NCBI GenBank assembly: GCA_024679065.1
Contig: JAGIQG010000008.1
Span: 14,510,001 to 14,574,000 of the forward strand
Length of the DNA stretch: 64,000 nt
Source of the DNA: Sphyrna mokarran
Taxonomy: Eukaryota
Reading direction: 5' to 3'
Made by a program: the position numbers and the translations under genes. Shown here piece by piece: positions 1 to 12,319 of the stretch (its first letter is position 1; every line of letters starts with the position of its first letter). Under the pieces are notes generated by a model. That model made no database searches. It was given only the letters and a program-made list of their open reading frames with translations, and was not told where the DNA came from.

Positions 1-357
1 AAGCCAATCTCTCCTGAGGCTCTCTCCAGAGACTGACACATAACAGGTTCCCTCTCTCATCCTCCAGCAGTCCCTCTCACTGGAGAGCCACCGGATCGTC
101 AAGGCTCGCACTCTCAGCCCGCCCGCAATCCGGACACGCCGCTGCTTGCTGTTGTAAAGCTGATGTGTGATGTGCTTGGGACTGGCTGCTGCTCGCCACT
201 GTCTCTCTCCTGCACCGCAGCAGCAGTAGCACCGCTTCAAGCCGACCCCGCTGGCTGGAGCCCGCTTCTGAAGCAACCCTTAGACCCCAGGTGAAGGCAC
301 CGGGATACGATGGACTAGGACTTCTCCCCAACACCCGCCTCCTCCCCTCCCCTCACC
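1..357 (+). promoter_or_regulatory. Putative proximal promoter / 5' UTR of the NELL gene
   Basis: Relatively GC/CpG-rich and repeat-free, with CCAAT at 4-8, directly upstream of the CACC-ATG-G start at 358. The TSS cannot be placed from sequence. Confidence 0.55.
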
Positions 358-409
358 ATGGCGTTCGCAATTATCAGGACGATCCTCGCACTTTTCCACA
401 TCACACAAG
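358..409 (+). CDS. NELL2: NELL2-like coding exon 1 (signal peptide MAFAIIRTILALFHITQ, phase 1)
   Basis: Strong Kozak CACCATGG, hydrophobic N-terminus, donor G|GTAAGA at 410. Phase 1 joins exon 2 (G+TT=Val). Confidence 0.9.
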
Positions 410-534
410 GTAAGACACAATCGTCTCATTTCACCTACCCCACCGCCCCATCCCGGTTTGTAAAGCGGACAAGGTGGGTTTAAGAAGGGGAAAGTGGGAG
501 CGCTAACACTTTGTGGATAGATAAGGCTCTCTTT

Positions 535-1222
535 CACTATTGACAGGGATCTCATCTCACTGTAGACAGGGATCTCATCTCACTATAGATAGGGGTCTCA
601 TCCCACTATAGATAGGGTTTTTGTGGGGTCTCATCCCACTATAGATAGGAGTCTCATCCCACTATAGATAGGAGTCTCATCCCACTATAGATAGGGGTCT
701 CATCCCACTATAGATAGGAGTCTCATCCCACTATAGATAGGGGTCTCATCCCACTATAGATAAGGGTCTCATTCCACTATAGATAGGAGTCTCATCCCAC
801 TATAGATAAGAATCTCATCCCTCTATAGATAGGGGTCTCATCCCACTATAGATAGGGGTCTCATTCCACTATAGATAGGAGTCTCATCCCACTATAGATA
901 AGAATCTCATCCCTCTATAGACAGGGGTCTCATTCCACTATAGACAGGAGTCTCATCCCACTATAGATAGGGGTCTCATTCCACTATAGACAGGGGTCTT
1001 ATCCCACTATAGATAGGAGTCTCATTCCACTATAGACAGGGGTCTCATTCCACTATAGATAGGGGTCTCATTCCACTATAGATAGGAGTCTCATCCCACT
1101 ATAGATAGGAGTCTCATCCCACTATAGATAGGAGTCTCATCCCACTATAGATAGGAGTCTCATCCCACTATAGATAAGAATCTCATCCCTCTATAGACAG
1201 GGGTCTTATCCCACTATAGATA
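535..1222. repeat. 23-bp minisatellite, about 30 copies (CCCACTATAGATAGGRGTCTCAT)
   Basis: Tandem units are directly visible, with recurring variant units and one short interruption near 617-627. Confidence 0.97.
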
Positions 1223-1735
1223 AATAAGCAGCTTAACACCCTGTATAGACGGACAGGGCTTTAGCAGCTATAGATACAGCAAGGCTGTTAACCAGCTGTA
1301 GGTGGGCAGAGGTCTTTTTAACATCCTTTATATTGAACAAGGGCTATAGGCTTACAGAAGCTTAAACATCCTGTCGATCAATAATCATTTAACATGTATA
1401 TGGAATATCTTGCCGATGCTTTTTCTAGTTAACTATATTGAAGACTAGACTCTTCTTTGGGGGGAGGTGAGAAATAGAAGATTGGATAGGAGGCAATATA
1501 AAGAGTCAGATTGGGGTTCCTAGTTCAATGCATGAAGGATATCAGCGAGATTTATTGAGTTGCACTCGCTTTGTTTCCGCGCCGGAGATTGCTGGAACAT
1601 GAAAACAAGCAGATTAGAAGCGGAGTCTTGTTATTTATTTTTAAGAAAATAACAATAACATGGCACGAGCTCAAATCACCAACTTGCTTCTCGACTTGAA
1701 CTGGAAGCGTGCTGCTAACATCTGCTTGCTATCAG

Positions 1736-1864
1736 TTCTAGGATTCGGTGTGGATCCAGCCCTGGAAATTGATGTTTTCTCTGCATTGCAACTGAGTGAT
1801 TCGACCGAGGGGGTTGCCCAAGTGCAAGGGCTCCACAATGGAAGCAAAGCGTTTCTGTTCCAAG
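1736..1864 (+). CDS. NELL2: NELL2-like coding exon 2 (VLGFGVDPALEIDVFSALQLSDSTEGVAQVQGLHNGSKAFLFQ)
   Basis: Acceptor CAG at 1733-1735 with a CTAAC branch-like motif upstream, donor G|GTAACC, 129 nt. Matches the NELL2 motif GVDP..QIDV...GLHNG.KAFLF. Confidence 0.96.
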
Positions 1865-2751
1865 GTAACCACCATTCCACCCCCCCACCCCCCCCACCTC
1901 ACCCGCCCCCTTACCCCTTGAACATGTCCCAGCTGAGAGGGGAACGTGTCATTTCAAGTCACTGGCTCCAGGGAGCAGGATAAGTGGTTCAGTTGTTTCC
2001 CCTTGGTGTGAAGGGGGGCTGTGCAGATTGGGAGTGTTTTGTATCTGTGTGACTTCCACCAGCCCGGATCTTTTAATAAACAGAAGGTTCCAAAAAAAAA
2101 ACCCATTCTGTTGATAGAAAAACTGCATGAACGATTAAACAAAAAAAACTTCACTCGCAAGCTGTTAAACTAACCCGAACGCTAAGCCTGTTTAACCTGA
2201 TAACATGTAAACCTGGGCTGGTCGAACAGAAAAGATCGTGTTTCATTTCACAAACAAAAGCTCAATGAGTCGACAATTATAGATCTGTTGATTGGAAATA
2301 ATTTCATTTGCAAAAATCTCTTCCCAGAATTGAACAGTTTGACAGGAGCTGACACACGGTGCTGCTATAACCTTTCAGATAAATCGCTGGAGAGATCCAC
2401 AAGATTGTACGCGGGGTCCTTTCTAAGCAGACTCATTGCTTACAATGCAGCTGAGTTATTGTCAAGCAGCACTGCTTGATTGAGGGTTACTTGAAATGCG
2501 TACAATGTTGACAATTCCTCCTCTAAGCGTTGTTGCAGGATTTGTTATGGGTTGTTTTTGATGTAATGTTTGGAGTGTTGCGTTTTACGTCTAATAACAA
2601 GAATCGCGTGAAGGTAATCAGGCCATGCTTCACCGAGATTTGTAACAGGCAGCTTTTTAAAAATATATACATTTCTGCTTGTGAGACCTTACCGTATGCA
2701 AATTGGCATCTGCGTTTGCTATGTTTCAACTACAGTTCAGAAGTAAAAGCA

Positions 2752-2878
2752 AAATAATGCGGATGCTGGAATCTGAAACAAAAACAGAAAATGTTGAAAA
2801 ATCTCAGCAGGTCTGACAACATCTGTGGGGAAGAGAGCAGAGCCAACGTTTCGAGTCTGCATGAGTCTTCCTCACAAG
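2752..2878 (-). mobile_element. Penelope-like short repeat fragment
   Basis: GCGGATGCTGGAATCTGAAACAAAAACAGAAAATG motif. Related copies at 10365-10460, 44595-44690 and 59585-59682. Confidence 0.55.
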
Positions 2879-2914
2879 AACTTGATTGGCAGTGATAGGA
2901 TAGAATCAGGGAAC

Positions 2915-3425
2915 CATAAAAAAGTTACAATGTAGAAAGAGACCATTCAGACCATCTTGTCTGCACTGGCCAAAAAGGAGAAAAAAGAAACTAGCCTCTT
3001 AGTATAATCTTCCTTCCCAGCATCTGGTCTGTAGCCTTGCAGGTTCTAATGCTTCAGATAGTGATCTGGGGTAACCTTTTGAAATGGGTTGAGCATTTCA
3101 ACCTCAAGCACTAACTTAGGCAGTGAGTTCCAAATTCCACCCCCCACCCTCCGTGTAAAGAGATTTTCCTCATATCCGCTCTAATCCTTTTACCAATCTG
3201 TGCCCCCTTATAATTGACCTCTCTGCTAGGGAGAAACAAATCTACGCTGTCTATGCCCCTCATAGTTTTGTACACATCAGTTAGGTCACCCCTTAGCGTC
3301 CTCTGTTCTAAGGAAAACAACCCCAGCCTATCCAATCTCAAGTTATAGCTGCAATTTTCAAGCCCTGGCAATGTTCTTGTAAATTTCCCATTCACTCTCT
3401 CCAGAACAATTATGTCCATTCTATA
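2915..3425 (-). mobile_element. CR1-type LINE 3' fragment
   Basis: Minus ORF carries the RT C-terminal motif RLDRLGLFSLEQRTLRGDL. Confidence 0.85.
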
Positions 3426-4439
3426 ATATGAAGATATAGAAGTTGTAATACCAATGCAAGTTCTTCTTTGATCAAGTATGAAGCTAGAGTAAGACTAACT
3501 TGTATTGCTGTCCAGAGGTTGGGTATTTAACTTCAATAAGTATACAATATACACTGGAGACATCAGCAATGATTTCACATTAATTAACATTTAGAGCTAT
3601 ACCTGTCTCAGTGTGGAAATAATGGGTAGAAGTTTTCCAACCATGCTCACTCTGAAACCGGAAAATCCCACCTGAGATCAATGGACCTTTCCATGGTCCA
3701 CTTCTCGACCGCCAAGATTCCCAAGGCGGGCGGAATGGGACCATTTCCCCCAATGTCTTAATTGCTTTTACTTAGCAAATTTCGGTGGGTAAAAGTCCAG
3801 TAAAACATCTTAGGCTCAATATAAATGCAAGTTGTTGTTGCAATTCCCCAGATTTAAATGAAAATGGTGGACCAATGTGACAAGGGAGTTAGCACAAATT
3901 CATTCTTTGGAATGAATGTTGTTGCCAAGGCCAGCATTTATCTCACATCTCTAGCTGCCCTTGAGAAAGTGATGGGGGTAGTGGTGGGATTTGAGGCTGC
4001 ATGTTTCAGTTAGAGTGGCAGTGGTGGTTGGGGAAGTGGCACTGGGCAGAGGTGAAGAGTGCAGTGGAATGGGGATAGAGTAATGTTGCTGATCTGTGGA
4101 ATGGCAGCAGCAGCCCTGCTGGGGGAAAGCTATGGCCAGACACAGCTCACGTAACCCGGAGAGAAGCAGCACTCCATTTCCGAGGATGTTGAAGGATGTT
4201 GGTGACAGCATTTGACGAATTCTGCCCTTTGTTGAATTGGCTTATAAGGTTCATGTGAATCTGTAGACAAATGGGCATACTGAAGGACTGCACATCCAAC
4301 AATGCAGTCTCCTCTCACTACAGTCTCTTTAACATATGTGTAGAAATCCTGGAGTGTGCCTTGAGAATATCACCAAATTAGTTGAAAGAAAGAATTAGGC
4401 TAAGCCTAGTATTTATTGCTTTCCTTTTATATCCTCGAC

Positions 4440-4540
4440 CCCAACCCACACCCACCTACACACACACCCACACACCCACACCCACACTCACACACACACA
4501 AACACACACCCACACACCCACACCCACACACACACACACT
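4440..4540. repeat. Imperfect (CA)n/(CACACC)n microsatellite
   Basis: Directly visible. Confidence 0.95.
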
Positions 4541-4734
4541 CTTTGTTCACTATAATAAGGGTGTTTTGGAAAAATAGGAAATATGGTTATCATACTTCTC
4601 AAAATGATATGTTCCATTGATCGACATTGAAAGCTCTGGAGCGTTTTCAACTATCCATTTCTCATTTTACTTGAATAACATGCAGCCAACAATTGAAAAT
4701 TAGAGCCAAACATCTCAGTAGTTTCACGATCTTT

Positions 4735-4892
4735 CCTAGCTATGACTGTAATGCTACATTCTGCACTCTCTCCTTTCCTTCTCCCCTATGCACTCTATGA
4801 ATAGAATGTTTTGTCTGTATAGTGTGCAAGAAACAATATTTTTCGCTGTCAATGCACGTGACAATAATAAATTGGAATGAATCAAATCAAAT
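4735..4892 (+). mobile_element. Rex1/Babar-like LINE 3' UTR
   Basis: Ends GTGACAATAATAAAT...(TCAAA)n. Same 3' end as the copies at 12320 and 50160 that carry Rex1-type coding remnants. Confidence 0.65.
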
Positions 4893-5024
4893 GATTGCCC
4901 AAGACTTGCTCAAATTCAATTCTCAGGCCAATCTGTAAGTTACTAAATGGCCCACTCACCTGAAACAGTCAGGGTTACGTGAAAATGTAATTTGGGGCTA
5001 TGAAATCTGAAAAATGGACACAGA

Positions 5025-5147
5025 GGGTGGGATTTTCCAGCCACGTTCACCCCAATCCTAGAAACTCTCGCTCGAGGTCAATAGACCTTTGCGTGGTCCG
5101 CCCCTGCCTGCTGTGTTTCCCGTAGTGGGCAGGATGGTAAAATTCTA
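5025..5147. mobile_element. Short (about 120 bp) MITE with GGGYGGRATTTTCC-type termini
   Basis: Same family recurs at about 3625-3751, 19018-19138, 24775-24899, 26209-26340, 29190-29317, 43690-43813 and 61149-61245. Confidence 0.65.
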
Positions 5148-5756
5148 ATCAATGTGTGCCCTGTCAGTCAGGGGAGAATTCTCCACTCACCTGACAAAGG
5201 AACAGTGTTCCAAAAGCTTGCCGTGTTTACTATCAAATAAACCTGTTGGAATTTAACCTGGTGTTGTGAGACTTCTTATTGTGTCTGGGTTTTACACAAC
5301 CAACAGCCCTTAAGGAGACTGCTAGATGATACATAAGAAATAAGTTCAGGGAACTTGCATTTTTTTAAAGAGGTTCTCCTTGATGCTCAAAAGAAAAGCA
5401 GATCACTCTGCCTGACCATTCTTGGCCTCTTCTAGAATAACTTCACCTCTCACCTGTGCCTATCCTATTCTTCAGTGGGAAATGGCTAATACTTGCCCTC
5501 CTGGTATTAAGTATGGTGCTCAGTTGGAACCTGCAGCTTAATGATGGTATGTTAATATGAACCAGAGCGTCAAAATGGTTCAGAATTCATACTGGCCCAA
5601 AGAGGTTGGTGGAGCAGCCACTCCACTGAGTTTGCATTCATTCTGCTGTTAGTTTAAATATTTAATCCCCTCTCACACCACTCCCACATTTTCTTTTTAT
5701 TTCACTGGGAGGTGTTGTTACTTTCCCAAATACCTGGGTTTATGTCTAACATCTCA

Positions 5757-6096
5757 GGGTGGTATAATGGCATAATGGTTAACATTGCTGCCGAACATCT
5801 CCAGGGACCTGGGTTCGATTCCCAACTTAGGCCACTGTCTGAGTGGAGTTTGCGCATTCTCCCTGTAACTGTGTGGGTTTCCTCTGCGTGCTTCAGTTTC
5901 CTCCCATGGTCCAAAGATGTGTGCGGTAGGTTGATTGGCCATGCTAAATTGCCTCTTAGTGTCCCCGGATGCTGAGGTTAAAGGGATTGATAGGTAAATA
6001 TGTGGGGTTATAGGGATAGGGCCTGGGTGGGGATTGTTATCGGTGCAGACTCGATGGGCTGAATGGTCTCCTGCTGCACTGTAGGGAATCTATGAT
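5757..6096 (+). mobile_element. V-SINE (HE1-like), CR1-type tail
   Basis: tRNA-like head (TGGTTA...GGTTCGATTCC), V-domain GGAGTTTGC..TTCTCCC..GGCCATGCTAAATTGCC, tail ending CTATGAT. Confidence 0.9.
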
Positions 6097-6667
6097 CTCT
6101 TAATATTCAGTTTCTGGGATGTATGTGCACCACCAAAATGCAATTGCTTTGCTGATGATTAGAATCGACTGGAGTGATGCTATGATTCTTTTCTTATGGA
6201 CACTTGAAAGCAACTTGACTGTAAGAGTGATTTGTAGAAATGGCATTAATTTAAAAACCACTGGTCATATAACACTGAATATACTTCACTGCAATTCAGT
6301 TTTCAATAAATGATTTGTGAATATTGTACTAGCCAAGTTCTGTAGATATATCTTTTAGGAGGCTTTGCATTCTCGTGCCAAGTCTCTGATATTTAACTGA
6401 ATTTGCTTCAGCAAATTAGGCCGAATTTGTTTAACATTTTACTATGTTCGTTTAAAAAAGACATGCCATTTTTAAGTTGTATCTACCTATTATGATCCCA
6501 TAGAGACCAATTACAATTTTGAAAAGAAAGCAATTCCCATGAGGCCAGTGGAAAGAAAATTGCTGGACAAAGTTTAACTTTCTAAAACCTTTACTGTAAC
6601 AAACCATCTAAAATCAACATAATTCGAACATGAACTAACAGGTGAAGGATGTTAATTTTTAAAAAAA

Positions 6668-6835
6668 TTCTTTCATGGATATGGGCGTCACTGGCTGGCT
6701 AGCATTTATTACCCATCCCTAGTTGCTCTTGTGGGGTAGTTTATAGTCTACCACATTGCTATGGCTCTAGTGTCACATGTAGGCCAGATCAGATAAGGAT
6801 GGCAGATTTCCTTCCCTAAAGGACGTTAGTGAAAT
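6668..6835 (-). mobile_element. Second tRNA-type SINE (family B), 3' part
   Basis: CAGCATTTATT.CCCATCCCTAGTTG...GGCAGATTTCCTTCCCTAAAGGAC is shared with the copy at 17517-17870. Confidence 0.8.
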
Positions 6836-8152
6836 AAGAAGCTAAATACAACAAAGTTTTGTTGTATTATAACAAAGTTATAGGCAAGCAGCTATAACTC
6901 ACAGAGTTATAGGCACTTGTATTACTTCCTGTATTAAGATGTGAACTCACAGTCTTTACAACTCAGCTTCTGCCACTCAATCATTCTGGCTCTTGAGTTG
7001 CACCCTCTAGTGACCACTCTTTATTCAAATTACATGGACATGGACAGCAGTGACAAGATGCTTGTCCATGACCCCCCTCTCACTCAGACCATGACATTCT
7101 TGACAGCACAGAATCTCTAAAAGCTACTTTCTCCAACTCAGTCTTGTGGGCTTTGGCAATACTGGAATAACAGCAATGGGTCTTGTACACTCTATAACCT
7201 CTTGCACTTCCAGGGTTCAACTCCCTAGTCTTTCAGGCTCGATGACACACAAGTAATTCTGTTCTACTTGCAAAGGCCTGCTTCACACCAGGATCTGTTC
7301 AAAGATTCTCAAATAGGAAATTTAGGGAGAACCTTGTTTGTTTCATCTTCACATACATTCTGAGTGTATTTGATTCGCTAAACAATAAACTCTTCCATTC
7401 AAAGAGAAATTTACTTGCTTCCTCTTTACGCAAATTCTGTGTGTTCCGCACTGCCAAACACTGGCTGACCCAACCTGACTGCAGTGCTTCCGATTTACCC
7501 TTTGCTTCTTAGTCATTCTTCCCAATGGGAATCATGGGTCATATGAGCATTTCACAGAAACTAATGATATCATAATCAAGAAACCAACTCATCCTCTTTC
7601 ACAGTATTCCCCAGGCCACTTTGATTGTAAAACCATTTTTGCACTAAAGAAAATGCAGAATTTCTCCACTGCCTGGGTCATCGCAATGTCCCTACAAATT
7701 AAGTGTAAATAATTCAATTGACATCAAGAGGGAGAATTTCTGCGGTTCATGCTTTGACTGACTGTCGTAACTTTGCAGAAGTTTTGTGGAAACCCTGAAG
7801 AAATGCTGTAAGTATGTTTTTCATGACTTTCAGCAGATCTTCAACTGCAAATGTGATGGTAGATCAGGAGAACGGTCAAAGAAATTCACCCCCATTATCA
7901 CTACTGATCTAAAACTTGTATTATTTAAGTCTTTCTTCACTTTTGATTTTATATGTATTGTACAATATTTATAACATCCTATCAGTGAAAATGTTTCTCC
8001 CCTGTTAGGCAGGCAATAAGTTGCAGATTTGGGCTGCCCTGTGAATACCAATCATTTTCTAAGACCAGTTAGCAACTACAATTTCTTAAATAAAAATGGT
8101 AAGTCTGGAACAACTCAACATGTCTGCAGTATCTCTGGACAGAGAATCAGAA

Positions 8153-8475
8153 TGGCATGGTGTTGGCACTGTAGCCTCATTGTGCCAGGAACCCAGATTC
8201 AGTTCTGGCCTTGAATCACTGTCTGTGTGGAGTTTGCACGTTCTCCGAGTATCTGCGTGGGTTTTGTCCAGGTGTTCTGGTTTCCTTCCACACTCCAAAG
8301 ATATGCAGGTTAGATTAATTGGCCATGCTAAATTGCCCTTAATGTCAGGGAAATTAGCAGGGTAAATGCGGGGATAGGGCCTGGGTGATACTAGGATAGG
8401 GCCTGGGTGAGATTGTTACCAATGCAGACACAATTGGCTGAATGTCCTCCTTCTGCACTGCAGAGATTCTATGTT
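8153..8475 (+). mobile_element. V-SINE, CR1-type tail
   Basis: Head, V-domain and GATTCTATG tail. Confidence 0.9.
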
Positions 8476-8766
8476 TTGATTCCAGTATGACTCTTCTTTG
8501 GAACTCTGTAAGCTACAATCTCTTTGTCTTATGATGTTTCGGCTAATTTTGTCTTCTCCAAGATCTTAACCTCATGCTTAAAGTGTGAGAACTGATTGCA
8601 ATATTCCAGCTGGAGCCTAAACAGTATTTTATAAAGGTTCAGTATAATTCCCTTGCTAATGTGCTCTATGAACTGAATTTTCTTCTGATTAGAATGAATC
8701 AGATCACACTTCACTGTGCTACTTTTTATCTGTCATGTGTCTGTCCATATAGCCATGTCTTCTGCA

Positions 8767-9095
8767 GGGTGGCATGGTGGCACAATGGTTAGCACTGCAA
8801 TCTCACAGTGCCAGGAACCTGGGTTCAATTCTGGTGTCGGGTCACTGTCTGTGCGAGTTTGTAAATTCTCCTCATATCTGTGTGGATTTCCTCCTGGTGC
8901 TCCAGTTTCCTCCCACAGTCCAAGGATGTGTGGGTTACATTGATTGGCCATGCTAAATTGACCTTAGTGTCAGGGGGATTAGTGGGGTAAATGTGTAGGG
9001 TTACCAGAATAGGGGCTGGATGGGATTGTGATCAGTGCAGACTCAATGGGCCGAATGACCTCATTGCTGCCCTGTAGGGATTCTAGAGTCTATAA
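8767..9095 (+). mobile_element. V-SINE, CR1-type tail
   Basis: GGCATGGTGGCACAATGGTTAGCACTG head and V-domain. Confidence 0.9.
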
Positions 9096-9759
9096 TCAAC
9101 AAGAGTGACACACTTACCTCCAGTCTGAGGAACAGCTGCTCACCGCTACACTCTGCCTTCTCTCCTACTCAATTTCATATCCATACAGCCACAGTCCCTC
9201 TAATCCCCAGAGTTTCCATTTTGCTGAGCAGTTGATTATCTGGTATTATGTAAAAAGCCTTTTGAAAGTCCATACATATATCAATCACATTACCCTCACC
9301 AACCCCTTCCATTACTTCACCAAATAACTCAATCAAGTTAGTCAAATGTAATTTGCCTTCAACAAATCTGGGCTAGCTCTTATTTATTAACCCATATTTT
9401 CCAACTGCCAACTATCATTTTCCGGAATTAATTTCTCTAAAAGTCTCACTGCCTCCAGTGATAAGCTAACTGGTTTGTAGTTGCCAGATTTATTCCCCAC
9501 CCCTGTTTTGAACATGGATGTAACATTCACAATTCATCAGTCCTCCGGCACCACTAAAGATGATTGTTGTCAGAATCCCAAACCTTTCTTCCCTCACCGG
9601 CCAAGACTGTGTCCCCTGTGGACTGGATAATATTTCAACTTTGAGCACTGTCAACCTTTTAAATACAATTTCTTTATCTATTTTGTTTGATTCAATTTCT
9701 TTACGGCCTCTCCCTTTCCCTTGACATTGGCAGCCGGTTGTGACAAAAGATGCAAGTTG

Positions 9760-10125
9760 GTTTGCATGGTGTCACAATGGTGCCTCACAGTCCAGGTTCC
9801 AGAGACCCTGGTTCGATTCCCACCTTGGGCTTCTGGCTGTGTGAAGTTTGCCCAATCTCTGTGTCTGCGTGGGTTTCCTCCGGATACTCCAATTTCCTCT
9901 CACAATCCAAAGATGTGTGGGTTAGTTTTATTGGTGAGGCTAAATTGCCCCTTAGTGTCCAAAAATGTGCCGGTTAGGTGGATTGGCCATAGTAAATTGT
10001 CCCTTAGTGTCAGGGGGACCAGCAGGGTAAATACATGGAGTTACAGGGTTAGAGCTTGGGTGGGATTGTTGCTGGTACAAGTTCAATGTGTTGAATGGTC
10101 TCTTGCTGCACTGCAGGGATTCAAT
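9760..10125 (+). mobile_element. V-SINE with an internally duplicated AAATTGCCCCTTAGTGTC segment
   Basis: Head, V-domain, internal duplication and CR1-type tail. Confidence 0.85.
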
Positions 10126-12319
10126 AAATTCTATATCCTCTACCTCCATGCGAAAATCCTCTTTCTGGTCTCTAAACTGTTCTTACTCTTCCTTTGACAA
10201 TTTTATGATTTACATGTCCATAAAATATCTTCAGCTTTTCTTTTATGTTATCCACTAATCAATTCTCATTCACTTATTTTGCCTCTCTTACTTTTCATTT
10301 GATTATGCTTTTTCCAATCATCTTGGTTACAAATCCTATATTTATCACAAACCCTAAAATAAGCAAAATACTGCGGATACTGGAATCTGAAACAAGAACA
10401 GAAAATGCTGGAAAAACCCGGCAAGTCTGATAGCACCTGTCAGGAGACACTCAGAGTTAATGGGTTGGCACCCCTGTCTGTGCGTTTCCCACTAGTGTGG
10501 GGTGAGATCAGAGGGAATTCCCATTGACAGCAGCGGCTCCAGAAAATCCTGCCACTAACAAACAACTCGCCACTCCCTGCTGGCGGAAATACTTGGCTGG
10601 AAAACCAGAGAATTTTGTCCGATGTTTCCAGTCCTGTTGGCTCTTTCATCATTCTGATTTTCTTCCAGGATTGTCTGTTCTCATTTATCATAAGCTTTCT
10701 TTTCTGGTGTCATTTTAATCTCTCTTTCTTTAACCATCCACAGAATTTGTGCTTTGGATACCCTTCATTTCATGGACTCTGCCTGGCCTGTACCTGAACT
10801 ACATCCTCTTCCAAGGCCTCCCATTGCTCATTTACTGTTATCCTTATTAATTGATTCCATTCAGGTGGGAATTCAGGTTTTCCTAATATGCTGGTGTTAA
10901 CTCAATGGACCAAAGGGCCTCTTCTGCGCTGCATGATTCTATGATTCCCCCTATACTAGATCTCTTATTCACTCATTGAAATTAGCCCTTCTCCAGCTGA
11001 GTTTTTTTCAGGTTTAATTTTTACTTGTCATTTTCTGTAGCTACTTCAAATCTAATGATTTTGTGATCACTATTTCTCCAAAACTGCCCCACTGAAACAT
11101 GCTCTACTTGCCTCATTTCATTTTTTGGAACAATTTCCAGTTTTGCTTCCATCCTTACTATAGCTAGAGTCAAGGAAATCCTCTTGAGCACATTTCCGGA
11201 AGTCCTTCATCTCTTTGCTTTTTACACCATCATTTTTTCAGTTTTTTTTAGGATAATGGAAGACCCCCATTATCACTATCTCATGTTGTTGCATCTTCCC
11301 ACAATTTGCTTGCAAATGTTTCCTCTCTTCCCAGTAGTAGGAGCCCATTCAATATATCCAGCTCTGTAATAGCTTCTCTATTGTCCTTCAATTCTGACCA
11401 AATGGACTCTGTCTTTGAACCCTTGAGTAAATCATCCCTTTCTAGCATGTAATTATACCTTTGATCAATGCTGCCATTCGCCAGCCTTCTCTTGGACTGT
11501 TTTTTTTTCCCTTCCCTTTCTTTCACAGGGGAGAGGGACAGTTAGTTCAGTTGGCTGGATGACTAAGATGGCAACATGAAGGGCCCGATTCCCATTCCGG
11601 CCTAGATGGTCTCAGGACCTGGCTCTGTGCCTTGCTGCTGAGTGTGGAGTTAAGTGGCAAACTGCCACTGAGAAAAAGTGCCATCAACACAGTTCAGAAT
11701 GAGACTACAGCAGACAATGAGCCAAGGAACCGAATGAGTGATTGTTCGTGAATATATTTTGTCCAGAAATAGCAAGTGACTAGCTTAGGGTTTTAAAAAA
11801 GCATGATTAAGTTGGGCTGAAGGACCTGTTTCCATGCAGTAAACCTCTATGACTCTAAGTGCCTATTCCTCCCTTTACTTGAACATAGTCTTGGACATTG
11901 TAATTATACAATAACATTATTTGATTCCTTGTGCCTGCACCTCATTAATGTCCGTAACCATGCTCCATGCATTTTTGTACAGTCAATCTAAATTGGTCTT
12001 ATCCTGTCTTCCACTTCCTCCCATCTGATCCCTGCTATTTCTGGACAATTCATCATTCTAATTATGTCTGTCTCCCTTAGTCCCCTGTGCAGCTTGAATC
12101 TCCTATATAATGATTCGTCTTGCTGTTTTCCCCCCGTTCAGATAAGTTCAAGCCATCTCCTGCGGCTGCAGTTAACCTTCCTGTGTGTGGTCATTGGTCA
12201 TAGCCTTGTTGAGATATAACCTGTCCACTTTGTACAGGCAGTTCCTTATATGGATCAGGTCCTATTGAATACAACAGTGCTTTCTGTGGGATACTGCTAG
12301 TGTAGGGAGCTGGTGAGTC

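Larger units (their letters stand above)
8480..12290 (-). mobile_element. Old, fragmented CR1-type LINE with nested SINEs
   Basis: ORF2 remnants on the minus strand (LYKILFRLQLEYC; ESIWSELKD in the endonuclease region), with many stops. Confidence 0.6.

Noticed and set aside
535..1222. CRISPR-like array, or T7/SP6 promoter-like CACTATAG
   Set aside because: The units are contiguous with no unique spacers, there are no cas genes, and the context is a vertebrate intron. Only the last 8-10 nt resemble phage promoters.
1865..1983. Proline-rich C-terminus of the 107-aa ORF
   Set aside because: It is read-through past the exon 2 donor into a C-rich intron.
5757..5830. tRNA genes at SINE heads
   Set aside because: The A/B-box heads continue into SINE bodies, are diverged and multi-copy, and show no intact cloverleaf.
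6488..7576. Possible solo LTR (TATTATGAT...ATCATAAT ends)
   Set aside because: The ends are not canonical TG..CA, and there is no TSD or second copy to support it.
8086..8365. Recurrent short ORFs (SLSVWSLHVL.., RLIGHAKLPL) as a gene family
   Set aside because: They are translations of V-SINE copies.
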